A stretch of 64,000 bases of DNA, taken from positions 2,666,001-2,730,000 of the forward strand of contig CM035361.1 in NCBI GenBank assembly GCA_020137815.1. The letters run 5' to 3'. The notes under the pieces were generated by a model. It had not been told where the DNA came from. It worked only from the letters and a program-made list of their open reading frames with translations, and made no database searches. The position numbers and the translations under genes were made by a program. The number at the start of each line of letters is the position of its first letter. Position 1 is the first letter of the stretch. The DNA comes from Hormiphora californensis (Eukaryota > Animalia > Ctenophora). Shown in pieces: positions 38,164-49,311 of the stretch.

Positions 38164-41100
38164 ATGATGGAACAAGCCCCAATGAGCCCCGGAGCAGAGG
38201 AATTCTTTCGAGCCAACGACGCCCGATTTAACGCTCTCATCACTGAGCACCGGAAATTCCAAGAAAAACGGAAACTCCTCCTCCGCTCTCCGGGATTTTC
38301 ATCTGAGAACGTCCCTCCCGCCGTTAGGAGGTGTCTACCCCGGACCCCACCACCATTCTTTGGTAACCATGGTAACCGAACCCGGGCGCCACATCTCTCC
38401 GACGGTCCCCAGCTGGGATCTCTCCCCGAGTCGGGTGAAATATACCTTGACCACAATGTGGCGATTGTCAACAGATCACAGTCACTGTTGGAGAAACCGA
38501 GGTTATTGGATCTGGCGAATGGGTCCGCTCATCACCAACGACCTAGTTCCTTACCCCTAGTTACCTCTCCGCTGCTTGGCAACCCAGATAGAATTCAACG
38601 AAGTGTTTCTGTTGAGGTCCTAAATGAAGAAGAACGAGTATCCCGGAAACCGTCATCTCCGTTGAGGCACGCTATAAGTCTCCGGGAAAGTCGGAGTCAG
38701 TTTTGGGTCAACTTGGGTAGCTACAAACGGAAGGCAGAATACGACAGTCAAATGGCTCAACAACAGTGCTATCAGGCGACCCTCGCTCAGATGATTGCCC
38801 CTGCCTATCGGTCCGAGGGGACAACGGTTGCTATGGTGAAAACTGTTGCTATGCCAACTAGTGATACAATTCTCACTGCGGAGAACAGGCCGACATTAGC
38901 TGTGGAGCCGGTTCAAACTAGCGAGGGTCTTCATCAAAAAGAGGGTCTTTATCTGTGGCCTGGATATGATGGTGAACCGACACAGGAGGGAGAAAGTCAC
39001 AGTCCATTTGACCCAACAATGTATGAAATGCTAAACAAACTGGTGGAACCTATTCAAGATCAACAATCTAGGACATTACTCGAACAATCGTCGGTAAAGA
39101 ATTCCAGTCATCGCGATGAATCTGAAGATCCCTTCATGAGACTTACTTTCCAATGGGGATATGCCGACACAACCAGAAACGGAAGCTCCGCGGTTGTCAT
39201 GGGACCAAAAAAACTCGAATGATTCACCGACCACTCCAAAGATAGCACCAATTAACTCAACCGTTCCCGAAAGTATATCCCCGCTACAACTTCTAATGGA
39301 ATCTGCCTTGCACCTTGAAAAACCGGAGATAACCGATGAAATCACAAATGAAGGGCCCCGTTTCCAAGGTCAGGATGAAGTTTCAGCCGCCAAAGAAATT
39401 CCAAAAATTCTGGAAATGTGCAGATCTCCGTCGTTGGATCTAAGTTTAGGCCGCCAACAAAGTTTCTCTGACTCCACTACCCAGCAGATTGACAGTACCC
39501 GCGGGGAGCAGGACACCAAATCACCCCCTCCATTCCAGCTACCGTCTACAATAATTGGTCCAATGTCACCTACAAACGGTCCAATGTCACCACCAACCGG
39601 GGGTCCAATATCACCTACAACCGGTCCAATGTCATCTACAATTAGGGGCCCAATGTCATCTACAGCCGGTCCAACACTAATAACACCAATGTCACCTACA
39701 TCAATATCATCTAGCCGTCTCTCTGCCCCCGTTACCCTTCCCCCAGGCTCACCCCGGCCCCGTCTGATGCGCCAGAAAACTGTGAATGTAGACGACGCTC
39801 CGGATGATCCACCGAATTCTGAGTTCAATGTGTGCACGGAGACCTTTGAGTTACCAGCCTTCGTTGTCGAGGTAGAGGAGGAGGAGGAGGAGGTTTGGGA
39901 GGGGAAGTTGGTACATTTTAATAGGGAGATTCAGTTTTTGTCTGACTCCGGGGGGAGCAGTGAGGAAGATGTTGGTGGCGAGTTTGAGGGATCTGGAACT
40001 TGCTGTGAGGTGTGTGAACAATAAATGTGCTAATGGACATTGAACCAAAAACCGTTATATATGTGTTCTTTTGCCTCATATGTTACCTTCTGCTCAAACA
40101 CGCTAGATATATCAACTCTGCCAGGTATCCCGCTAGGCTGACCCTTTCTATCGTTTGCAGAGCAGGGAGAGTGGTCAGGCATATCGCACCATGCACTTAT
40201 GTATGCCGCAGCTAGCTAGAATGACAAAACTATAAGTAATGTGGGTGTGTGCTATGATTGTCTGGATGTGATCTGGAAACACATTCAGACACTATATAAA
40301 GTGTGCTATCAGCAACTATGATCACACTATCGCTCGAGAAGCTATAAAGCCAGAAAGCAACAACCAAAACCGGGGCATGAGTTTGAAACTTAAATTATTA
40401 TATGTGTCTACTTGAATTGCTAAACTTCATTCAAAAACTCGGAAAATAATTGCTGCGTTGTATACAACATACACTCATCACTGATCGCTATACTCACGTT
40501 AAATTGGTTAGCTCACGGCCTCCTTTTATTTGTACCGCCGGAGATCTCCTGGAGACGTCTCCAGGAGATCTCCGGAGGTGCAAGGGAGGCCGTAATCGAT
40601 ATACTTATACATCATTTTTTACATCATTTTCTACAATTTCAGTTGGACGACGGGACGTGTAAAAGCAGGCGACAAAGACTACGAGACAAGTCATGGAGGA
40701 AAATGGTGTTTGATTCCCAGGATCAGACTAATATGGCGGCTTCTGGAGGAGGAGCTAATCAGGAGATCAAGATTCCACAAAAGATTCCACCCGTCTGCAG
40801 ACTTAATCTTGAAGGTTTGTGGGAAATTGGGAGTTCGGTTAAAGTCTTGAAGGTTTGCGGGAAATTGGGAGGTAAAGGTTTTAGAAATGTTGGATTCGTA
40901 AGCACTATAAATTCACTTTAGTTTCCGATCCCTAAACCACTTTGAGATCCCTAAACCACTTTGAGATCCCTAAACCATGCTTTGAGATCCCTAAACCACT
41001 TTGAGATTCCCAGTGAACTATATTAACTCCCTAAACAACCCTTCTCTCTCTCCCAGAGTGCGAGAGAACAACGTCATCCTCTACCACAGCCACCACTCCC

Positions 41101-44100
41101 TCTTCTGCCATCAGTACCTCAGCAAGGGAGGAGGATTGTGCTGAGGATGATTTCTTTTTCTCTGCCGCAACATCAAGCTTTGAAAATGGTAAATTTTACT
41201 TTTTTAGATTTATAACTTTTGAAAACTTCAATGTTGTGGTTAAAATGTGTGTAAAATTCAAATCAAAGATATTAAAATGATTTTTCAAATCATAACAATT
41301 AAAAGTAGTAATTCTTCCTTATTTAGAGGAAAATCCGTTGCCATCGCCAACAACAAAGGACCAACTGGCAGGACTAGCTCGTCCACCATTACAGCGAACA
41401 TCCTCCGAGGAAAGCGCACCACTTGCACTTAGGTTTGTTATGTTTCAACCAGGAACCGACCGAATCAGGAAATACTGGTCCCTGATTGGCTGATAACCAG
41501 TCACGTGACCTAAATAACGAGTTCTGATTGGTTGTTTACTTGTGTTGGTCGGTTCCTGGTTTCAACCCTCCTTTACCTGGGGCGCGGTGAGAGAGTTTAG
41601 ATAACCACTTACACTTAGGTTATGGGGGAAAACAGGGTGTGCTATTTTTTCAAATGCCTAATTTAATTCAAAATTTCACTTGGTATCGGGTTAAATGAGC
41701 TCCTACGATCATTCTAAAACATTTTATCACAAAGTTTTGGCTCTACCATGGCCCAATTACGTTGGCACGAGCTATGCCCATATATGGGCATATTCATTTC
41801 AAAAAGTCTGTTTTAGGGCGTGATTTCGAACAAAACACATATATAAATCGTCTCGTGACAACTTATACAACTGTTACTTTCAGTTTGAGTCTTAAGATAT
41901 CCACTTTATGAACAAAAATAAAAATTTTTCTCCCTTTTTTTTTTGCTAATTTTACCAACTTGCAGAATCGTGGGGACGAATTTTAATTTTTTTTAGTTTT
42001 TTCTTGGTGGAAAGCAAATTTCGGTTGTAATCGACTAATTTTGGCCTGCGGAACACGATCCCGTTCATGAAAAAGCTCTCAAAATTTAAGAACATGTCCA
42101 AAATGAACATTTTTTGTCAAAAATGAACATTTTTTGTCAAAAATGAACATTTTTAGCTCAAAAATGAACTTTAGCATCATTTAATGATGCATATCAATTC
42201 TTGTCAGTTTCGAGGTGCTGAACACGATCCTAAACATAAAAAGTTGATATCAAGAACATGTCAAAAACTGGTGAAAACCACACATATTTCCCTGTTTTTA
42301 CCATTTTTCGGTTAAAAACTACACTTTTTAAATCGCGATGCCAACGTAACTGACAAACACTATCTCGATTCTGTTTTGCTGATGTGATAGAGAATTGTCC
42401 ATAGTTTCACATTAGCTAGATACTGAATGGCCTAGTCGAAAAAAATTTGAAATAGCACACCCTACTGAGATCTCAGGGTTCAGAGATAGCTATTCCCTGA
42501 AATCTCAGGGACATTTTCAGGGAATAGCCAAGGATTTCAGGGGTAAATAATTACTAAATAGCCGTGACCAGAGGTTCAGTCACGAGTCGTGACTCACGAC
42601 TGTTCCCCCCCCATAGTGCGAAACGCCCCACGTGTCTAAGCCTATATGTTTAGGCTCTTTGGTCAAGTTTACAATTTGTGTACGCTAGAAATATTTCAAT
42701 TCCAGGAAATTGGAAATCGGGCCACTTAAAAAACGAGGAGAAGAGGAGAAGAAATGTTCAAAAAAGAACCGTCGTCAGGCTTTTAATCTTCCCCGGATTA
42801 GTACAGACTCCGTCGACGATTATCAGCGGCCAAAACGAACTTTAGGTATTACAGTAAACTAGTATTTCAGTTTAGGTTAGATTGAGTTGATTATACTTTA
42901 TTTTTTATAAAGCGAGGGCATATTGTCAGGCGACTCAAAGGTAAAAAAGCACGGCTGAAATGTGAGTTTTAATTCTGGTTTTTCAGAAAGGTTAAATAAT
43001 TCCCGGCAATCCAATGGTCACCAGGGGCAACAACAATCGGTGAAAAAGAAGAAAATAAAGAAAAGGAAAAACACATCGATTTATTTAGGTAAAGCAACCA
43101 TTAAGTTGTTAGGTACAGCTGTGAAACACTCACGCCCTACGGGAAAAAACCTTTTTCGAATATCTGCCTCGCAGAATATCAATTGGGTATTACTAAGAAC
43201 TAAGAAATAAAATAAATAAATAATAATAAAATATAAATAATTAAATATTTCCCCTGTTAGGATCCCACAAAGTAACGATTGAATCTCCGACCTCCTCTGA
43301 CGACACCTCGACAGAAAGTGAGGACGCCAACCCCAACCTCACAAGTTCGGCAGTGTCTGGATCTGAGGATGGTTTAGTATCTGCTAAATCGAGTCTTAGC
43401 GAGGCTGATGAACATCAGAAACATAGGATTAACATTCCTTCCCCTAATGAATGGTAGGATCAACTTTTCAGCAAACGTTTGTTCGGCCCCCGTGCATAAT
43501 TGTTGAATTTTGGGGAAATTGAACAACGAACATCTCCCGTACAAAAAACTTTTGATAAGAAATAGAAAGAGATGCTGTCCCCAAATTAACTGGAAGAATT
43601 ATGGTTATCTTAATTGCCCCCTCATACTAATTCGTTCCCGGTTCCAGGTTGACAGACAATGAGGGATACTATGAAGATCTAATACCAGCCACACCCCGGA
43701 TTGGTATCTGTACACCCGCATCAGATGACAGTGTTCTTATTAATACCAGGTATAATAACCATTAACCCGGGGTGGTTGGGGTAGATGGGGTACTGGGGTG
43801 GATGGAGTGGGGTGCGGTGGGAGGAGTGGGGCGGGGTGGGTAGGGTGGAGGTAGTTGGGGTGGGTGGGAGAGCGAGATGATAGTGTTCTTATCAACACTA
43901 GGTATAATAACTCGGAGTGGGGTGGGTGGGGTAGATGGGGTGGGGATGGGCCGATGGCCCGATGGGGGTGGGGTGGGTGATTGGGGGAGGGAGATGATAG
44001 TGTTCTAATCAACAGTCTGGGGTAGTTTGGGGTTGTGCTCACAATTGTATTTTTCATTGCAGCTCTGTTTCAGGTCTCACGATGAAGCAATGTCCCCGGA

Positions 44101-47100
44101 CTCAAATCTGATCGATTCAAGGAAATTTCGCTCGGATGGCGACATCTATGTAAGCAAAACGAAAAACTTATCCAGGGTTGGGGAGGCGGTTGGGGGCGGG
44201 TGGGGGCGGGTGGGGGACTCATAAAGACCACGTGAATTTAATTGATGTCCTTGGTATTAGGCTGTCCAGTATTGATTGTCGTTGGGCTTTTATGAGACAA
44301 TGGTTTGAGATAAAGCAAAATGGACTTCACCACCGTTTTTCTCACGCGATTTTAGATCGGAATATCATGCTTGGTATCGGTATGTGGCCGTTCTCGGTTC
44401 CCAGCAGGCTATTTTCTCTACCCCACTCCTGTTGCCGCTGCATTTGGAAAATCGCGATTTTCGAGTTTTAGTACTAAAGCTGCTGTACTTCTTAAAAATG
44501 TTACCGGAGTGATGTTTTTTTGCATCAAGCTTGTTCATTGGACAATTACCTACTGTTCAAGATGTAATAAAACATCCTATCTTTATTTTGTCACTGAGCA
44601 ATGGGCCTCCAAAAAGTTTTGGTAAAAATTAGAAATTTTCACTTCCGGGTCTCATCAGGATTGGCTTATAATAAAAAACTTTGCAGTAAAAAGTAGTTCT
44701 AAGTAAGTTCTAAGACGTAGTGAAGCCAATTATGTGATTGGTTGACTTTTGAAGTGACCAATTGACGTTTTTGAACATGTCCCCAAAACGGGCCAAACTT
44801 TTTCGCTTTTTCGTGTTACATTTACTGTTTCAGATGTTATTAGTGAACGCGTAAAGACCCAAATCGCATACATACCTCATCCTTAGACGATTTTCAATCG
44901 ATTGAGCACTATAACGGGAGCTAAAGAAACTGTACCAGTTTTCTTCCAGCAGCGTTTAAAAAACATTGGTAACCCCATGCAGCGGCAACAAGAGTGGCGT
45001 AGAGAAAATAGCCTGCTGGGAACCGAGAACGGCCACATACCGATACCAAGCATGATATTCCGATCTAAAATCGCGTGAGAAAAACGGTGGTGAAGTCCAT
45101 TTTGCTCTATCTCAAACCATTGTCTCATAAAAGCCCAACGACAATCAATACTGGACAGCCTAATATAACAGGAAACGAGGGGTTCAACACTGTGCCTCCT
45201 TGAAAAAAATCTCGAATTCTTCTCTATGATGGCGTAACATTCTTATTTAATTTTCAGCAAAGTCAGTTGATAGAGACGAATAGGCAGAATGTTAAAATGA
45301 CTATTATAGAGTTGTTCGAAACGGAACGGAATTACATCTCAAATCTTCTAACGATCATCGATGTAAGTGATAATCTCCCTTTCGGACTTTCGGTAATCCG
45401 TATAAGTTTTCTGATTTCCTTTAGTTTTACCAGAATTTCTACTGTTTTATTTGATTTGTTTGAGCTAATACTCATCACTGCCTACAGGTATTTGCCCGAC
45501 CTATAAATGATCTCGGGTTGTTATCTCGGAAAGTCCACGGAGCTCTATTTCCCTCGTATATCCTCCACTTGATACACCGTCACTCGATATTTCTGGGGAA
45601 GTTAGAGGAGAGGATCTATAACTGGCATTTTGTACAAAAAATAGGGGATCTGTTTGCTGGTAGGTTCATGATATTGTGTTTCCTTGTTTTTTTTGTTCTA
45701 GTTTTGGCCAAAACTAAATTTGGTGGGTAAAAACCTAGTTATCAACGGCATGTCACTCCGTTACAAAATTAATTCCACTATTTCAGTCTTCAAAGAAGAG
45801 AACAGAGATGGCCTATTCCGTGTTTACTTATCCTACATAACCCACTTTCCCCACATGTTCGACCGGCTTACAAAGGTATTTATTGTAATGCTTTGTTCAG
45901 TCCTGTCTCACCACGCCCACATAAATTATATTGTAGCATTTCTTTCACAAAATATATGGGGCACATGGTGAAAGAGGATCTCTCGAGGTGTTAACGTCAT
46001 GCTTTGTTTTGCGCACTTTGCATTTTATTTGCATTTTATTCGCATAGCGTACGTCATGCTTTGACTCTTATTTTTCGTGCGTGACCCAGCAATAATATAA
46101 TATAGATAACCCCACTGTGTGTCGGGATGAAATTTGATATACCAGCCTATTAGGCTGGTATATCGTTCAGTTATTCCACTGCTCGCGGAGCGAGCAGGGA
46201 ATAACTGCTGATATTCCCGCAGCCGAGATTGGAGATTGGAGATTTAGAGAAATGCTTTGTTTTGCTCATATATTGCATTTTATTTGCATTTTATTTGCAT
46301 AGCGTACGTCATGCTTTGATTCTTCTTTTTCGTGCGTGACCCAGCAATAATAATGTTCTAACCCACCTTTATATTTGTAAAAGAGGGCGGGGGCTAGGGA
46401 GTGAGGGTCGTGCGTGACCCAAACTCCAGAGCTATAAAAATAGAAAAGTGACCCCCCAACGTCACCAAGTGTAAATGCTGTTGCATTTTAATGTGATAGA
46501 TGCAAATAACGGTCGAGGGGCATAGAAAATTTACTTGACTCCCGTTGCTATAACGAGAACAAGAATAAATGCATTATGTTTCATAATGCTATGTTTCCCC
46601 GCCAATCTTTCATTTCTAACACGAAGGCGGGACAGACATTTCGGATCATTTATAAATCAAGCAAACAGTATAGAACAAATCCTTGTGTTTTAGTAGCACT
46701 AAATTGCGCGCCACATTGCGGAATTGTGTGGCACACAATTCCTGAAAACGTGTCAATGAAGTGGTTTATGAAGGAGCAGGTTGTTGTTGTGTGCGCGGCT
46801 CTAGTTGCTACATGTTCCCCCTCGCAACCTGAAACGGGACAAGAGAGCTGACTTGCTACACATAGTCACTATATCCGTTTAGATTTCTAAACCCCTATGC
46901 CTTTTTGCAAAAGGCATCCGGGTGAAGGCCTTCGGCCTTCACCCGGGCGGGGAAAAAATAAAAGCGATATGAGACTACCTACCCGAGTCTCAATATTCCC
47001 CCTTTTTATTTTACTAATTTCTTTCAGGCCATGGCTTCCAATGAGCGGTTTCGTCAGTACGTGCAGAAATGTCGGAAGGAAGAGAGAGCGTGTCAGCGGC

Positions 47101-47988
47101 TGTCCCTTCTCTCCTTCCTATACAACCCTATCCAGGTACTTGGTCTGTCTGTCTGTTTTTATGTTTACTTTTCTGATTTTTTTCTAGTTGTTTTTCTGAT
47201 TGTTTCTTTCAAAGAGAAAATCAAGTTTTCTTCTTTCTGTTTGTCTGTTTTTTTTTCCTGAATTTCCCCTGTTTATCTGTATAGTGTATGTCCCCGGGGA
47301 CTGCAGCCAGTATGTTAATTCACACAGGGGACTGGCCAGTATGTCAATTCACGTGTATTTCAGAGAGTTCCCAGGTATGTGTTGCTACTAAAAACCTACA
47401 TGAAGCACCTGGACCACAAGAATCCCGATAGAGTGTCTGTACAAAGTGCTGTGACCTCCCTAAATAGACTGTTATTCGAGGCTAACAAGTAAGTAGGACA
47501 AGATATATCGTGTTTTAAAAGCTCAGAATTTTAATATGTTTTGGGTCTTCTAGTTTTGACATCCTGATATCTTTTTTACCATGTCTTATCTGACTAGTAA
47601 TTAGTATCTCTTATTTTCTTTCTTATCTCTTATCTCTCTCTCTCTTATCTCCAGGTTGTGCAACTTCACAAAAGACGGTACGGGTGCAATAAAACTTCCC
47701 TTTACATCCCAAACCTCTTCCCCCTCAATACAAAACTCAACCTCCCTGGACTCCCCGTTTGAGGACGCCCGGAGCGGCAGCGGTGGGGGCATCTCCGCCT
47801 TCTCGGATGTCGATAGTATCTTTTCAAATGGATCATATAATGGTGGTGGAGGGGGCGGTAAAAAACAGATACAATCTAAGATTAGCACAGTTTTAAATGT
47901 GTTTACTTTTAGTAGGGTGTTGAAGAAAAAGAAACGGAAGCAGCAAATCCAACAGCAACAATCCACGGGGGTTTTAAATAATGGGTGA
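38164..47988 (+). CDS. Rho guanine-nucleotide exchange factor (Dbl homology domain) with a long low-complexity N-terminus and no PH domain seen
   Basis: In-phase exons: 38164-40009 (frameshift ~39140), 40643-40814, 41057-41188, 41327-41432, 42706-42845, 42987-43088, 43261-43453, 43648-43749, 44074-44149, 45258-45362, 45488-45659, 45787-45875, 47028-47135, 47364-47488, 47655-47988. DH CR1 IIELFETERNYISNLLTIIDVF; IGDLF; CR3 LSLLSFLYNPIQRVPRYVLLLKTYMKH. Linking the 38164-40009 exon is inferred from a phase-0 GAG|gtgtgt donor and a tttcag|TTG acceptor. Confidence 0.88.
41450..41558. mobile_element. 109-bp hAT-type MITE (copy 6)
   Basis: TIRs; perfect 8-bp TSD gtttcaac. Confidence 0.92.
41634..42463. 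mobile_element. Non-autonomous TIR element apparently nested in a Harbinger-like MITE (~41624-42612)
   Basis: AGGGTGTGCTATTT...AAATAGCACACCCT termini; outer GGGGGAAAACAG...CTGTTCCCCCC. Confidence 0.6.
44257..45163. mobile_element. 907-bp non-autonomous mariner-type element with ~185-bp inverted arms
   Basis: TA-TTAGGCTGTCCAGTATTG...CAATACTGGACAGCCTAA-TA; gives mirror-image ORFs. Confidence 0.88.
46558..46958 (-). mobile_element. Helentron-type non-autonomous element, reverse copy
   Basis: Hairpin CCGGGTGAAGGCC-TTC-GGCCTTCACCCGG, subterminal IR GGCGGGGAAA/TTTCCCCGCC, hairpin GCATTATG/CATAATGC; similar to 1953-2537. Confidence 0.7.
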
Positions 47989-48233
47989 TAATAATTACAG
48001 TCAAACCTCGATTTACCGGAACCTCGATTTACCGGAACCTCGATTTACCGGAACCTCGATTTACCGGAACCTCGATTTACCCGGAAAACTTCATTCTCCC
48101 AAGTGGGGTCAATGGTAAATCAAGGTTTGACTGTTGATTATACTGTTGATGCGGTGTTGTTGTGCAGTTTAGATTTGTTTTGTTCCATAATATGGTTGTA
48201 TGATATTTTCGAGTACATTTTTAGCAGTTTGAA

Positions 48234-48366
48234 GGAGGGAAAACAGTCGTGCCTGAATCTCAGGTTAAGGTCACGGCTATATTTATCCTTGAGATCTGAG
48301 ACCTTAGTTTTCAGGGACAAATAGCCGTGACCTGAACCTGAGATTCAGGCACGACTGTTTTGCTCC
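48234..48366. mobile_element. Palindromic PIF/Harbinger-like MITE (AAAACAGTCGTGCCTGAA..TCAGG family)
   Basis: Inverted arms; related copies at ~27700-27830, 32457-32620, 42470-42612 and from 50827; superfamily inferred from G-run termini only. Confidence 0.6.
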
Positions 48367-49311
48367 AATAATGATACTGCTAGAACTACTGACTAAAGCT
48401 GAGTGAGCGGCATTCATGATTTTGTTCAACAATTCCAGTTAACATAAATTACACCTGCAGTTATATCTAATTATATATTTTTTGCTTATTTTGTTTTGGT
48501 TATCGAGTTTTGAGTGTAAACTGTATAACTTATTGGTTTCGAGATATTCACAGTCGGACCCAGATATACCGGGCCAAAATATAACTCCCCGGAGCATCCC
48601 AGTAAATCATGGGCCCGACTGTATGTGTGTGTGTGTTCTGTTCTACATTTTGCAACCCTTTCTCAACTTCTTGCTGTACAAAAGAATCGGATTGCGTCGT
48701 AATGAAGTGTTTCAGGGAAATATCGATCTGAATAATTCACAAGTCACCGCCATCACGATCCAGCAGCACCAACCGATCTAACCAACAAACCAACCATCAC
48801 GAAACAGTGTCAAGCGACTCAAGCTTCATCAGGAAATCAAATGAATTTGTTTGAAGTCGTGTTGAAATTGTCACAGCTGTCTAACCTACGACAAGTGTTA
48901 TACCGTCGAATTTGCTTTACTTGCCCTTGGTTTTCATTTCTATTTCTGTTTCAAAGTGTAAAACGCTGAGTTAATTTTGTATTGTATTGGTTTTATCAGC
49001 AATTGCTGTTCCTATAGCTGCTTAAGATACAAAATGTCACATTGTCACACGTAAAAACAAGAATATATATCTTCAGAAAAATAGCATTCAAATATCCTGA
49101 GCAGTGGGAATTTCTCACTTCCCTACACTTCTAATTGATTCAGTTCAACCCTATACACTTTTAAAAACACGAGTAAGAACAATACAACTCATTCATACTC
49201 ATTCTGACATTCTGAGTTCAGTTTCACTCTGAAATTGAACTTAAAGCTTTGAACTCTAAAACTCTGAACTCTGGACTCTGAACTCTGAAACTCTAAAACT
49301 TTTGATTGTTT

